Below, one piece after another: positions 52,609-62,713 of a stretch of DNA of 64,000 bases. A model generated the notes under the pieces. The model was not told where the DNA came from, did not search any database, and worked only from the letters and a program-made list of their open reading frames with translations. The stretch comes from Trueperaceae bacterium (GTDB lineage Bacteria > Deinococcota > Deinococci > Deinococcales > Trueperaceae): assembly GCA_965215565.1 (NCBI GenBank), contig CBDCDZ010000004.1, forward strand, positions 2,816,001 through 2,880,000. The letters are read 5' to 3'. Both the position numbers and the translations under genes were made by a program. Each line of letters opens with the position of its first letter. Position 1 is the stretch's first letter.

Positions 52609-53094
52609 ATGGAATGGTCAGAGGTTATCGAAAACGAAACGCTACAAGACCTCCCCTTTAAGATCGAACTCAATGAATGGGGCAACATTGTCATGAGCCC
52701 GACTTCGAACAACCACAGCCTCATTCAAGGTGTCATCATGGGGGTACTGCACCAGCTTAAAAAGGAGGGACACGTCTTTCCTGAATGCTCAGTCCAAACG
52801 TCCAAAGGTGTAAAAGTTGCTGACGTAGCCTGGGTCTCAGCCAATTTTCTCTCTACGAACGGCGTGGAAACACCCTACAGCGTCGCCCCAGAACTCTGTA
52901 TTGAAGTAGTTTCACCCTCCAACTCAGACGCGGAGATGGCGCAAAAGCGCGACCTCTATTTTGCCAAGGGCGCAAAAGAGGTGTGGACATGTAGCCTAGA
53001 GGGACACGTCACCTTTTTCAATCATTACGGCGAGAGCGAGACCTCCCAGCTCTTCCCGAATTTTCCCAGCACCGTCGAGCTACCTGGCGTGTAG
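52609..53094 (+). CDS. Uma2 family endonuclease
   Basis: MSP...H, VADVAW, APELCIEVVSPSN, YFAKGAKEVW. Confidence 0.9.
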   Translation: MEWSEVIENETLQDLPFKIELNEWGNIVMSPTSNNHSLIQGVIMGVLHQLKKEGHVFPECSVQTSKGVKVADVAWVSANFLSTNGVETPYSVAPELCIEVVSPSNSDAEMAQKRDLYFAKGAKEVWTCSLEGHVTFFNHYGESETSQLFPNFPSTVELPGV

Positions 53095-53159
53095 CCTTCT
53101 GCGGGCACAAAAACCTCTCACGCTTTCTGTATAATCACCCTTAGTGAGCAGGAGGCATC

Positions 53160-55982
53160 ATGCAAAGCCCAAAAGAACCCAAAATCAACGTTGACGAGCT
53201 GAGGGGTAGGTTTCTCGAGTTCTTCAGATCGAAAAACCACCTCATCTACCCGTCCGCGTCCTTAGACCCCAAAGACCCAACGCTACTTTTTACCTCAGCG
53301 GGGATGGTGCAGTTCAAGCCGTATTTCTTGGGCGCGACGCCTAAGTTCGCAGGCTACGAGGGCGTCCACCACCGCGTCACCACGGCGCAGAAATGCTTGC
53401 GCGTCGGCGATGTGGAGAACGTTGGGCGCACCCTGCGGCATCACTCGTTCTTCGAGATGATGGGGAACTTCTCGTTCGGCGACTACTTTAAGAAAGAGGC
53501 GGCGGCTTGGGCGTGGGAGTTCTTGACCTCGCCCGAGTGGATGGGGCTAGACCCCGAACGCCTCTACGTCACGGTTTATTTAGACGACGACGAAGCCTTT
53601 GACGTGTGGACGCGAGAGGTTGGCGTACCCGAAGCGCGCATGTCGCGCTGGGATGAGGACGAGAACTTCTGGCCCGCGAGCGCCGTGTCAGCGGGTCCGA
53701 ACGGTCCGTGTGGTCCCTGCTCAGAAATCTTTTATGACCGAGGCCCCGAATACGGCACGCCTGACGAGACGGGACCGAACACGGGCTCCGGCGACCGCTT
53801 CATCGAGATTTGGAACCTCGTCTTTACGCAGTTCGATAGGCGAGAGGGCGGCGAGTTGGTTCCGTTGCCGCAGCAAAACATCGACACCGGTCTGGGCTTC
53901 GAGCGACTCGCGGCGGTGATGTCGGGCGCGGAAGATGCGTACGCGACGGACCTCTTTCAACCGACGATCCAAAAGGTCGTGCAGCTTTCAGGGCAACCTT
54001 ATAGGGGCGTCAAGAGTACCTCGCACCGCGTGATTGCGGACCACACCCGCGCTGTCACCTTTGCGATTAGCGAAGGGATTTTACCCACGAACGACGGGAA
54101 GGGCTACGTCATCAAGATGCTCCTGCGCCGCGCGTCGCGTCATGCTTGGCTCTTGGGCTTGCGCGAACCTGTTCTACACAAACTCGTAGAGCAAGTTATA
54201 GAGGCGATGGGCAGGGCGTATCCCGAACTCAAAGACGCCAAGGAGCGCGTGCAGGGCATCGTTAAAACGGAAGAGGCGCAGTTTTTGAAGACCTTGGAGT
54301 CCGGCATCCAGCGTGTCGGCAACCTCTTGGATGAGCTTGACACAGGGATGCTGCCGGGTGACGTGGCGTTCGACCTCTGGGAGACGTACGGCTTTCCCCT
54401 CGACTTGACCGAAGAGATGGCGGCGGAGCGGGGCGTGTCGGTGGATAGGGCGGGCTATCAGAGCGCAAGGGAAAGAGCGCGGCAGGTCTCGAAGAGTGGC
54501 GCGCAGACGGGCGCACTCTTCACCGCGAGTAAAGACACGCTCGGCAAAATCGCAGGCGAGCACGGCGAGACGAGATTTTTGGGGTACGAAGAGACGCAGA
54601 GCGACTCGAGCATCGTCGCCCTTATCGTAGGCGATGAAGAGGGCGACGAGGTTCAAGAAGCTCAGAGCGTCCAGATTATCCTCGACCAAACCCCATTTTA
54701 CGCTGAAGGAGGCGGGCAGATTGGGGACGCGGGGGTGCTCGAGTGGTCCGGTAACACCTCCAATGACGTGGGCGGCAAAGCCATCGTCAGCACCACCACT
54801 AAGAGCAAAGAGGGGCTTTTTCTCCACAAAGCGAAGGTTCTGCGCGGCACGTTGACAAGAGGTCAAGCGGTTCACGCAGCCATTGACCCGAGCAGGCGCG
54901 AGACCGAAAAACACCACTCCGCCACGCACCTTTTACACGCCGCGCTGCGCAGCGTTTTGGGCACGCACGTCGCGCAAGCGGGCTCGCTCGTCGCCCCAGA
55001 CCGTCTCCGCTTCGACTTCTCGCACTCCCAGCTCATCAGCCGTGAAGAGGTTACGAAGATCGAAACGCTCGTCAACCGCTGGATTCAGGCGGACTTCGGG
55101 GTCAACTGGCGCGTGGTGCCCATTGCTGAGGCGAGGGAGAACGGCGCGATGATGCTCTTCGGCGAGAAGTACGGCGAAGAGGTGCGCATGGTGACGATGG
55201 GGCGGGCGGTTGGCACGGCGGACCAGATTTCCCATGACGGTACGGACCTCTTAGCGGGCGGCGGCGAGGTAGCGGGTGCCTCCGAGAAGGTCAATACAGC
55301 GGAGAGCCCGAACGGTGAAGGGGCGATTTCGGTGGAACTCTGCGGCGGCACGCACGTGAAGCGCACGGGGGAGATCGGCAGTCTCATCATCACTTCGGAA
55401 GAGGCGGTCTCGGCGGGGGTGAGACGGCTCGAGGCCCTCACCGGCATGGCCGCGTTAGGCTATGTCCAGAGCTTGCGCGAAGGCACCAACGCCGTCGCGC
55501 AGAGTTTAGGCGTCAAGTCCGACGACTTAGCTCTACGCATCCAAAAACTCCAAAACGACCTCAAAGCGGCGCAGCGCGAGAGCGCGTCCCTGCGCGATAA
55601 GCTGGCTGCTGCACAGGTTGGTATGCAGTCGTCCGGTGGTGCCAAGAGCGACGTGCAAGAGGCGGCGGGCTTTCGCTACAGCACCTTGCAGCTTCAAGAA
55701 CTCGACGCCACCGCCTTGCGCAACGCGGCGGACAACCTCTTGTCCTCTTCGGACGCCGATGTCGTCGTCCTCGCCAGCGGCAACCTCATGGTGGCGAAGG
55801 TCAGCAAAGACGCCCAGCAGCGCGGCGCACACGCGGGCAACCTCATCCGTGAGGTGGCGAAGCGCGCGGGCGGCGGCGGCGGCGGACGCCCCGACTTGGC
55901 GCAAGCCGGGGTCAAGGATGCGTCGCAGGTGCAGGGCGCACTCGCAGCCGTGCCCGAGATTCTGAAGGGCATGAGCCATTAG
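53160..55982 (+). CDS. alaS: alanine--tRNA ligase
   Basis: LLFTSAGM, FEMMGNFSFGDYFK, HSATHLLH, ELCGGTH, GGGGGGRP. Confidence 0.98.
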   Translation: MQSPKEPKINVDELRGRFLEFFRSKNHLIYPSASLDPKDPTLLFTSAGMVQFKPYFLGATPKFAGYEGVHHRVTTAQKCLRVGDVENVGRTLRHHSFFEMMGNFSFGDYFKKEAAAWAWEFLTSPEWMGLDPERLYVTVYLDDDEAFDVWTREVGVPEARMSRWDEDENFWPASAVSAGPNGPCGPCSEIFYDRGPEYGTPDETGPNTGSGDRFIEIWNLVFTQFDRREGGELVPLPQQNIDTGLGFERLAAVMSGAEDAYATDLFQPTIQKVVQLSGQPYRGVKSTSHRVIADHTRAVTFAISEGILPTNDGKGYVIKMLLRRASRHAWLLGLREPVLHKLVEQVIEAMGRAYPELKDAKERVQGIVKTEEAQFLKTLESGIQRVGNLLDELDTGMLPGDVAFDLWETYGFPLDLTEEMAAERGVSVDRAGYQSARERARQVSKSGAQTGALFTASKDTLGKIAGEHGETRFLGYEETQSDSSIVALIVGDEEGDEVQEAQSVQIILDQTPFYAEGGGQIGDAGVLEWSGNTSNDVGGKAIVSTTTKSKEGLFLHKAKVLRGTLTRGQAVHAAIDPSRRETEKHHSATHLLHAALRSVLGTHVAQAGSLVAPDRLRFDFSHSQLISREEVTKIETLVNRWIQADFGVNWRVVPIAEARENGAMMLFGEKYGEEVRMVTMGRAVGTADQISHDGTDLLAGGGEVAGASEKVNTAESPNGEGAISVELCGGTHVKRTGEIGSLIITSEEAVSAGVRRLEALTGMAALGYVQSLREGTNAVAQSLGVKSDDLALRIQKLQNDLKAAQRESASLRDKLAAAQVGMQSSGGAKSDVQEAAGFRYSTLQLQELDATALRNAADNLLSSSDADVVVLASGNLMVAKVSKDAQQRGAHAGNLIREVAKRAGGGGGGRPDLAQAGVKDASQVQGALAAVPEILKGMSH

Positions 55983-56772
55983 CGACAAGTACACGTTTCA
56001 GCCCCGCCTCGTCGCGATTGACCTAGACGGCACGCTCCTCACCTCTTCGAAAGAGGTGACGCAACGTTCGGAAAGGGCGATTCGCGGGCTCTGCGCGAAG
56101 GGCGTCAAAGTCGTCCTCTGCACTGGACGCCCGCCGCGCTTTACAGAACACGTGGCGGAAGGTTTGGGGCTCCGCGATCTCGTCATCATGCATCACGGGG
56201 CGATCGTCTATGATTTCGTGCAGGGCGAGATGCTTTTTCACAATGAGTTGACTCAGAAAACCGCGCTCGAGGTCATCCGCACGATGCGTCAAAAACACGA
56301 CGGGGTGATGGTGGGGCTCGAGACCTCCTACGGCTGGTTTCATGACCAAGCGCTGTACGACTTGCGCCGCCCCGATCCCGCCCCGACGGGCGTCGGCGCA
56401 GCCGAAGACTTCGTCCGCGAAAACGTCACCAAGCTCCTCTTTCGCCATGTGGAGATGGACGCTAGAGCGTTCAGCCGCACCTTAAAAGACTTTGACGTCC
56501 ACACCACCTGGAGTTCGCCCGAGCTTTTAGAGGTCATTGCAAAGAACGTCAACAAGCGCGAAGCCTTGAAGCAAGTGGCGGCGGCGAGAGGTTTGGACGC
56601 GGCGGACGTGGCGGTCTTCGGCGATCAGAACAACGACGTCGAGATGCTCGCGTGGGCGGGTTTCGGTGTGGCGATGGGCAACGCGAGTGACGAGGCGAAA
56701 GAGGTGGCGGATAGGGTGACGGATACGAACGACGAGGACGGCGTCGCCAAGGTTTTAGAGGCTTGGTTTTAG
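55978..56772 (+). CDS. Cof-type HAD-IIB hydrolase
   Basis: AIDLDGTLL motif I lies upstream of the first GTG (56056); frame open from 55975; ATT 55978 proposed as start. Confidence 0.85.
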   Translation: MSDKYTFQPRLVAIDLDGTLLTSSKEVTQRSERAIRGLCAKGVKVVLCTGRPPRFTEHVAEGLGLRDLVIMHHGAIVYDFVQGEMLFHNELTQKTALEVIRTMRQKHDGVMVGLETSYGWFHDQALYDLRRPDPAPTGVGAAEDFVRENVTKLLFRHVEMDARAFSRTLKDFDVHTTWSSPELLEVIAKNVNKREALKQVAAARGLDAADVAVFGDQNNDVEMLAWAGFGVAMGNASDEAKEVADRVTDTNDEDGVAKVLEAWF

Positions 56773-56788
56773 AGGCCTGGTTGTAAAG

Positions 56789-57544
56789 ATGACGCTCATC
56801 GTTTTTGGCTACGGACCCATTGAGGCGAACAAGAATTTCAACCTCAATGTTTACGGACGCCTCAACGCGCTCGCAGCGGGAATGCTTTATCAACGTGACG
56901 AAACCGGGCGCATCGTCCCCACAGGTGGACGCACGGGCGGCGCGGGGCTCCCTTCCGAAGCGGAGGCGATGAAGCGGCATTTGCTACGCAACTTCGACCT
57001 CCCTGAAGAGGTCATCGTCTTAGAACACCAAGCGAGCGATACCGTCACCAACTTCGTTCACGTCGCGAATATTTTGGATGGTTTGGAGGCTCGAAGCAAT
57101 CTCACCTTCCTCGCCTTTGGCTTTCACTTGTCCCGCATCCGTCACCTCGCTGACCTCTTTGGCTTAGAAGGCGATTTCATCGCAGCGGAAGCGGTGGTTG
57201 GGGAACGCTCAGCGCGTCACCAGAAACTTTTACGGGACCTCTTGAATCTGGACAACGAAACATATCTCAAACTCCTCACGGGTCAAGTGCGCGGAATGCG
57301 CGGCTTGAAAGAGATACCCGAGTATTGGCTGCCGCCAGCGGCGCAGCTTCAGAGTGAACGGCGGCTCGAGTCCATCATGCAATCCATGCAGGTGCAGACT
57401 TTCTTGCGCTCACGGGGACTCAACCCAGCCGCGCCCACTGACTTCAAAGCTGTTCTTTCCGCTATCCCGCGCCGCTTTCCTGAACCGAAACCAGAGGATA
57501 GGAAGAGGGCTGTGCGCGAAGCTCGAGAGGTCAGCCTTGCCTGA
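56789..57544 (+). CDS. YdcF/DUF218 family protein
   Basis: TGGRTGG..SEAEAM, LEHQASDTVTN, FHLSR. Confidence 0.75.
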   Translation: MTLIVFGYGPIEANKNFNLNVYGRLNALAAGMLYQRDETGRIVPTGGRTGGAGLPSEAEAMKRHLLRNFDLPEEVIVLEHQASDTVTNFVHVANILDGLEARSNLTFLAFGFHLSRIRHLADLFGLEGDFIAAEAVVGERSARHQKLLRDLLNLDNETYLKLLTGQVRGMRGLKEIPEYWLPPAAQLQSERRLESIMQSMQVQTFLRSRGLNPAAPTDFKAVLSAIPRRFPEPKPEDRKRAVREAREVSLA

Positions 57545-57974
57545 AGTCGTCTTAGCCTTGGATGTGGGCGACGCCCGCATCGGCTTAGCGAGGGGTGAAG
57601 TCGGCTCGGCGTTCGCCTTTGGGCGCGGCTTCATCACCCGCAAAAAACTCAGAGATGACGTGGCTGAACTTCAAGAGGTCATGGGGCGCGAGGGCGCGTC
57701 GCTTCTCGTCATCGGCTTGCCTAAGCGGAGCGACGGAACAGATTCGAAGCAGACGGTGAAGGTGCGCAGTTTTTCCAAGGAGTTGGAGAAGCGCGGCTTC
57801 AGCGTCGTTTTAGAGGACGAACGCTTCACCACCCGCATCGCCACGCAGAACGTCACGCAGAGCGGGCTGCCCAAGACCAAGCGCCAGAGCAAGGGGCGTG
57901 TGGACGAGGCGTCGGCGGTCCTGATTTTAGAGAGTTATCTCGCTAGGCTTTCGTTCGAAAATGAGGTAGGCTAG
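57537..57974 (+). CDS. ruvX: RuvX/YqgF putative pre-16S rRNA nuclease
   Basis: LALDVGDARIGLA, IGLP, DERFTT, VDEASAVLILE. Confidence 0.92.
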   Translation: MPEVVLALDVGDARIGLARGEVGSAFAFGRGFITRKKLRDDVAELQEVMGREGASLLVIGLPKRSDGTDSKQTVKVRSFSKELEKRGFSVVLEDERFTTRIATQNVTQSGLPKTKRQSKGRVDEASAVLILESYLARLSFENEVG

Positions 57975-57979
57975 CTCAC

Positions 57980-59044
57980 GTGAGTGACCTATCAACCTCT
58001 TCACCGCGTCAGCGCTCTTCTCGACCTCTTGTGCGCGGCGTGCTCGTCATCATCTTTTTCGCGCTCGCCCTCGTGTTAGCAGGTATCCTCTTCGTGCGTC
58101 AGCAGCTCACGCCTGTAGACGAGGGCGCGGCGCAGACCACCGAGTTCGAAATCTTGCCGGGTTGGGGCGCGTCGCGGGTGGCGAGCGAACTTGCTGAAGC
58201 GGATTTGGTAAGGAGCGCGCGTTTCTTCTCGCTCTGGCTGCGCTTTGAGGGAACGGACACGCAGATCGGTGAAGGGCTCTACGATCTCTCTCCAGCGATG
58301 AGCGCCCACGAGCTTGCCGAAGCGTTGGAGGCGGGCGGGCGTCCGAGGGTCGCGGGCGTGACGATTCCCGAAGGCTTTCGCAGCGTGAGAGTGGCTTCGC
58401 GACTGGCGGAGGCGGGGCTCGGCGCGGAAGAGGTGCTGATGCAGAGCATCCTCTCGCCAGGAGGATTGCGCCCGAGCTACGTCCCCGAGGGCGTCGGCTT
58501 GGAGGGCTACCTCTTTCCTGCGTCTTACGAATTTCCGGTTCGCAGCACCGCTGTAGACGCCCTGGACGTCATGGTGCAGCGTTTCGAGCGCGAACTCACG
58601 CCGGAGATCGAAGCGGCGCTGACGTCCCTCAACTTGAGCGTCCACGACTGGGTCACGCTCGCCAGCATCATCCAAGCCGAAGCGGGCAACCACGAAGAGA
58701 TGCCCGTGATTGCAGGCGTCTTTTTGAACCGCTTGGACGAAGGGATGCCGCTGCAGTCCGACCCGACGGTGGCGTACGGTCTCGGCAAGAGGTTGCCTGA
58801 ACTCGACAGAAACGCAGGCGACTTCGAGGCGGAGCACCCTTGGAACACGTATGTCTTTGCAGGGCTGCCGCCGAGTCCGATTGGCAACCCTGGACGGGCG
58901 GCGCTACGGGCTGTCTTTACCCCTCAGCGCGTCAACGAGGCGAACGAACCTTATTTCTACTTTTTACACGGGCGCGGCGGCGAGTTTCGCCCTAATGTGA
59001 CCTTCGAGGCGCACAACCAGGACGTGCAGGAGTTTTTGCGCTGA
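57980..59044 (+). CDS. mltG: endolytic transglycosylase MltG
   Basis: TIPEG, LEGYLFP, LASIIQAE, LQSDPTVAY, GLPPSPI. Confidence 0.95.
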   Translation: MSDLSTSSPRQRSSRPLVRGVLVIIFFALALVLAGILFVRQQLTPVDEGAAQTTEFEILPGWGASRVASELAEADLVRSARFFSLWLRFEGTDTQIGEGLYDLSPAMSAHELAEALEAGGRPRVAGVTIPEGFRSVRVASRLAEAGLGAEEVLMQSILSPGGLRPSYVPEGVGLEGYLFPASYEFPVRSTAVDALDVMVQRFERELTPEIEAALTSLNLSVHDWVTLASIIQAEAGNHEEMPVIAGVFLNRLDEGMPLQSDPTVAYGLGKRLPELDRNAGDFEAEHPWNTYVFAGLPPSPIGNPGRAALRAVFTPQRVNEANEPYFYFLHGRGGEFRPNVTFEAHNQDVQEFLR

Positions 59045-59063
59045 GACAATCCTCGAGCCCCCT

Positions 59064-59465
59064 TCACTCAACGTCATAAAGCACTGAGCCTTCATACGGA
59101 GCTTCTAGTAGCGAGGCGAGCCTCGAGCCCAAATCTCCAACGTGCGCTTCCAACTTGTGACCGTTGGGGTCCGTGAAGTAGAGCGACGCGCCTTCGCTCT
59201 TATTCTCGTGCCAGCGCGACTCGGCGGAGATGACCTCTTCGAGTTGCCTCATCCCCTTCAGCGTCGTCGAAAAGGCGAGGTGGGTGTAGTCATCTCTAGG
59301 CGTAGTTGATGGGTCTAAGGTCAAACAGACCCAAGTATCACCGACTTCGAGATATGCACCCTTGTTCCAACGCGCCCGCAGCTTAAAGCCGATAGACGTG
59401 TAGAAACCTAGCGATATGCCCAAATCTTTTACGGCGAGCGTGATGTGGTTGAGCCCGGTCAGCAT
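59064..59465 (-). CDS. FosA-like VOC thiol transferase (fosfomycin resistance family)
   Basis: GLNHITLAV, GAYL..GDTWVCL, DYTHLAF, ENKSEGASLYFTDPNGHKLE.HVG.L.SRL. Confidence 0.8.
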   Translation of the reverse strand: MLTGLNHITLAVKDLGISLGFYTSIGFKLRARWNKGAYLEVGDTWVCLTLDPSTTPRDDYTHLAFSTTLKGMRQLEEVISAESRWHENKSEGASLYFTDPNGHKLEAHVGDLGSRLASLLEAPYEGSVLYDVE

Positions 59466-59485
59466 GTCTTTATTTTACGCTCAAC

Positions 59486-60154
59486 TTACCTTATCTGACG
59501 GCGGCGCAAAAAGGTGGACAAAGCGAGGCTCGAGACCAATAAGAGTGCCGACGCGAGCAAGTACCAGACGTTGATTTGGACGCCCTCTGTACTGAATTCC
59601 CCCTCGAGCGACGCCCCTGCTAGCACCCCGACGAGCAGCCCAGGAATCCCGCCGATCAATGTGGCGAGCATAAACGCCGTGAAAGAGATGCGCAGTGCGC
59701 CAGCGGCGTAATTGACCAAGTCGCCGGGCAAGAAGAGGAAGCGGCTCAGCAGAACGCTCTCAAAGGCGCGGGTGCGCAGCCGCTCGGTCCAGTATGGGCT
59801 CAGTCCTGGAATATCGCCCGTTCTGTTTCCCGCGAGATAGTGCCCGAAGAGGTACGCGAGCGCTGTGGAGAAAAGCGACGCGACGAGCGCGTAGAGGGAG
59901 CCCCACACCGCGCCGAAGAGAAAACCCGAGGCGACGGTTAAGAGCGTAATGGGCACGAGTAAAAAGGGACGAATGAGGTAGACGACGAAAAACACAAGGG
60001 GTCCCGTGACGCCGCCCCGCATGAACGAGAGCCAGCCTCCGAACAGCTCGAGCAGCGTCTCGTCTCGTCTTTGAACGTAGAGCCAGAAGAGGACGAGCGC
60101 CGTCAACCAGAGCGCGAGTATCACTTTAGACCACACCGAACGCTGAACTGTCAC
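59486..60154 (-). CDS. TVP38/TMEM64 (VTT/DedA) membrane protein
   Basis: RPFLLVP, GFLFG, RFLFLPGDLVNYAAG; GTG start inferred. Confidence 0.88.
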   Translation of the reverse strand: MTVQRSVWSKVILALWLTALVLFWLYVQRRDETLLELFGGWLSFMRGGVTGPLVFFVVYLIRPFLLVPITLLTVASGFLFGAVWGSLYALVASLFSTALAYLFGHYLAGNRTGDIPGLSPYWTERLRTRAFESVLLSRFLFLPGDLVNYAAGALRISFTAFMLATLIGGIPGLLVGVLAGASLEGEFSTEGVQINVWYLLASALLLVSSLALSTFLRRRQIR

Positions 60155-60799
60155 CTCTAAGAGTATGCCACGTGGAGGCGGCACGCTTAGGTCAGTGCGC
60201 AGCTTGCTCGAGTACGAGCAATACAGGCTGAACCGTAATGCTCGAGCCTGTGGACCTTCGCGGCTGATGGGCAGGGCAACTGTAAACTGCAAGTGAAGCA
60301 TCTGACAGTCGAGCTATCCTTCGACGTTGAGGCTGAGGAGGTAGACGCTTTAGCGATGACGTTGCCGACCTCTTGACTCGAGAGGTCAACCGAGCAGCTA
60401 TCTGTTTACGACGTGCTAGACGCACCTCATCTCATTGAGAACGGTTTAGTGAAGGCTCAACCCTTGTTCTAGGGGTGGTCTCTTTTCTAACCTCTTGTCA
60501 AAATTTTCTCAGTGCGCTTATACTTGCAAAGTTGTCCTGCAGCACGCATAATAGTGACTGCGCGGCGGCGTTAGCCCCTGCACCCTCCAACTCAAACCCG
60601 TCTCCTGCGTTGCTGAAACGTCCAACTTCAGTAGCGCCGGTCCATTCTTTTAAGCGGGCACGAAACGTAAACAACGTGTCTCTCGAGTACGTTGTTGTCC
60701 CTTGCTGCCTTGTTCTAAAAGCTCTTCCACTCCGCCCTTCGCTTCATCTGATCCTACATCTGATCCTTCGTCCTCTCCCCCTATTTTAGAGGTTCATCT

Positions 60800-62278
60800 A
60801 TGATTTCAATCACCAAACGCGAGTGGTTCAGCAACCTGCGCGGCGACATCTTAGCAGGCATCGTCGTAGCGCTGGCGCTCATCCCCGAAGCTATCGCCTT
60901 TTCGATTATTGCGGGCGTTGACCCGGCGGTAGGGCTCTACGCCGCGTTTTGTATTTCCGTCGTGACGGCGTTTGTGGGCGGGCGTCCAGGCATGATCAGC
61001 GGGGCGACGGGCGCGATGGCGCTCCTCATGACGGGGCTCGTGGCGAATCACGGGCTCGAGTACCTCTTTGCCGCCACCATCTTGACGGGTGTGATCCAGA
61101 TCGCGTTCGGCGTGACCAAACTGGCGCGGTATCTCAAGTTCGTGCCGCGCAGCGTCATGATCGGCTTCGTCAACGCGCTCGCGATTCTCATCTTCATGGC
61201 ACAGTTGCCGCAGTTTATCGGGGCGAACTGGCAGATGGTCGCGCTTGTCGCGGCTGGGCTGGCGATTATCTACGGGCTGCCCTACCTCACCGAAGCCGTG
61301 CCGAGTGCGCTCGTGGCAATCGTCGCGCTGACTGCGGTAGCGATCTTCGCAGGCGCAGACGTGCGCACCGTGGGCGACATGGGCGAACTGCCCACCGCGC
61401 TTCCCTTCTTCGGATTGCCCGCTGTGCCTTTTACACCCCAAACGCTCGCCATCATCTTTCCGGTAGCGCTCACGCTGGCGATTGTGGGGCTTTTAGAGTC
61501 GCTCCTCACCGCGCAGATCATCGACGATCTAACCGACACAACCAGCAGCAAAAATTGGGAATCGCAAGGGCAGGGCGTCGCGAACATCGTGACGGGCTTT
61601 TTCGGCGGGATGGCAGGCTGCGCCATGATCGGGCAGTCTGTTATCAACGTCACCTCGGGCGGACGGACTCGTTTATCCTCGCTGGTTGCGGGCGTGGCGC
61701 TCATCTTTATGATCCTGACGCTGCAGCCCTGGGTGCGCCAGATTCCGATGGGCGTCCTGGTTGCGGTGATGGTCATGGTGTCTTTAAGCACCTTCGATTG
61801 GTCGTCGTTACGCAACCTTGCCGTGATGCCCAAGAGTGATAGCATCGTGATGATTGCAACCGTCGTGACAACCGTCTGGACGCACGACCTCGCGCAAGGC
61901 GTACTCGTCGGCGTGGTACTCAGTGCGCTCTTTTTTGCGCGGAAGGTGTCGCAGCTTTCAGGGGTCTCGAGCACCCTCAGCGGTGACGGCACCACGCGCA
62001 CCTACCTCGTTACCGGAGAACTCTTCTTCGTCTCGACGCAGGAGTTCGTCACGGCGTTCGACGTGCAAGAGGATTTGGAGCGCGTCGTCATCGACTTGAC
62101 GCGGGCACATCTCTGGGACGGCTCCGCCGTTGCCGCCCTCGACAAGGTTGCGATTAAGTTCATGCGGCGGGGTGTTCATGTCGAGCTGAGAGGTCAGAAC
62201 GAGGCGAGTGACGCGCTCATCTCGCGCTTGGCGGTGCATGACAAGCCGGGGGCGTTAGAGGAGTTGGTGTCGCATTAA
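60800..62278 (+). CDS. SulP family anion transporter with STAS domain
   Basis: [33 protein letters not shown]. Confidence 0.95.
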   Translation: MISITKREWFSNLRGDILAGIVVALALIPEAIAFSIIAGVDPAVGLYAAFCISVVTAFVGGRPGMISGATGAMALLMTGLVANHGLEYLFAATILTGVIQIAFGVTKLARYLKFVPRSVMIGFVNALAILIFMAQLPQFIGANWQMVALVAAGLAIIYGLPYLTEAVPSALVAIVALTAVAIFAGADVRTVGDMGELPTALPFFGLPAVPFTPQTLAIIFPVALTLAIVGLLESLLTAQIIDDLTDTTSSKNWESQGQGVANIVTGFFGGMAGCAMIGQSVINVTSGGRTRLSSLVAGVALIFMILTLQPWVRQIPMGVLVAVMVMVSLSTFDWSSLRNLAVMPKSDSIVMIATVVTTVWTHDLAQGVLVGVVLSALFFARKVSQLSGVSSTLSGDGTTRTYLVTGELFFVSTQEFVTAFDVQEDLERVVIDLTRAHLWDGSAVAALDKVAIKFMRRGVHVELRGQNEASDALISRLAVHDKPGALEELVSH

Positions 62279-62353
62279 GCTAGTGGAAACAGCGTTTTTG
62301 GCTTCAATTACGAGGTCTGAGGTTAAAGGATTGAGAGGTTGTATAGCAAGTAT

Positions 62354-62550
62354 TGGCAGTTCCAAGACATACTGAGACGGATAAGCGCTTACGGAAGTTT
62401 TGGCAACGCCAAAGGTCTCATTGCGCAGCAATAGCGGGATTTCATCATCGAATGTGCGTGCTAGTTGGGCACTTTTCGCAAAGCGAAACGTTGTTTCATC
62501 TAGTGAGCGTGTTGCTTCGCACAACTTCGTACACTCAAACCAAATGATAC
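62354..62550 (+). mobile_element. MITE-like element, copy H (four inserts; right end fused to copy I)
   Basis: GCAGTTCCAAGACATACTGAGAC, GTGCGTGCTA, CTCAAACCAAATGATAC. Confidence 0.8.
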
Positions 62551-62661
62551 AGCAGGTATCATTTGGTTTGGGCCAATCTGAGAAGAGAAAACACGCTCTA
62601 GCGCTCACTTAATTGTGATGATACTTGCGTGATTCACGCTCAGTACTTGTGTTGATTGCTA
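62551..62661 (-). mobile_element. MITE-like element, copy I (reverse, no inserts)
   Basis: reverse complement TAGCAATCAACACAAGTACTGAG...GCAAGTATCATC...AAACCAAATGATACCTGCT. Confidence 0.8.
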
Positions 62662-62713
62662 TACTTCTTTCTCAGTCCTTTGTTCTTTAGATTTTCCGCT
62701 GGTCTTATTTTAG

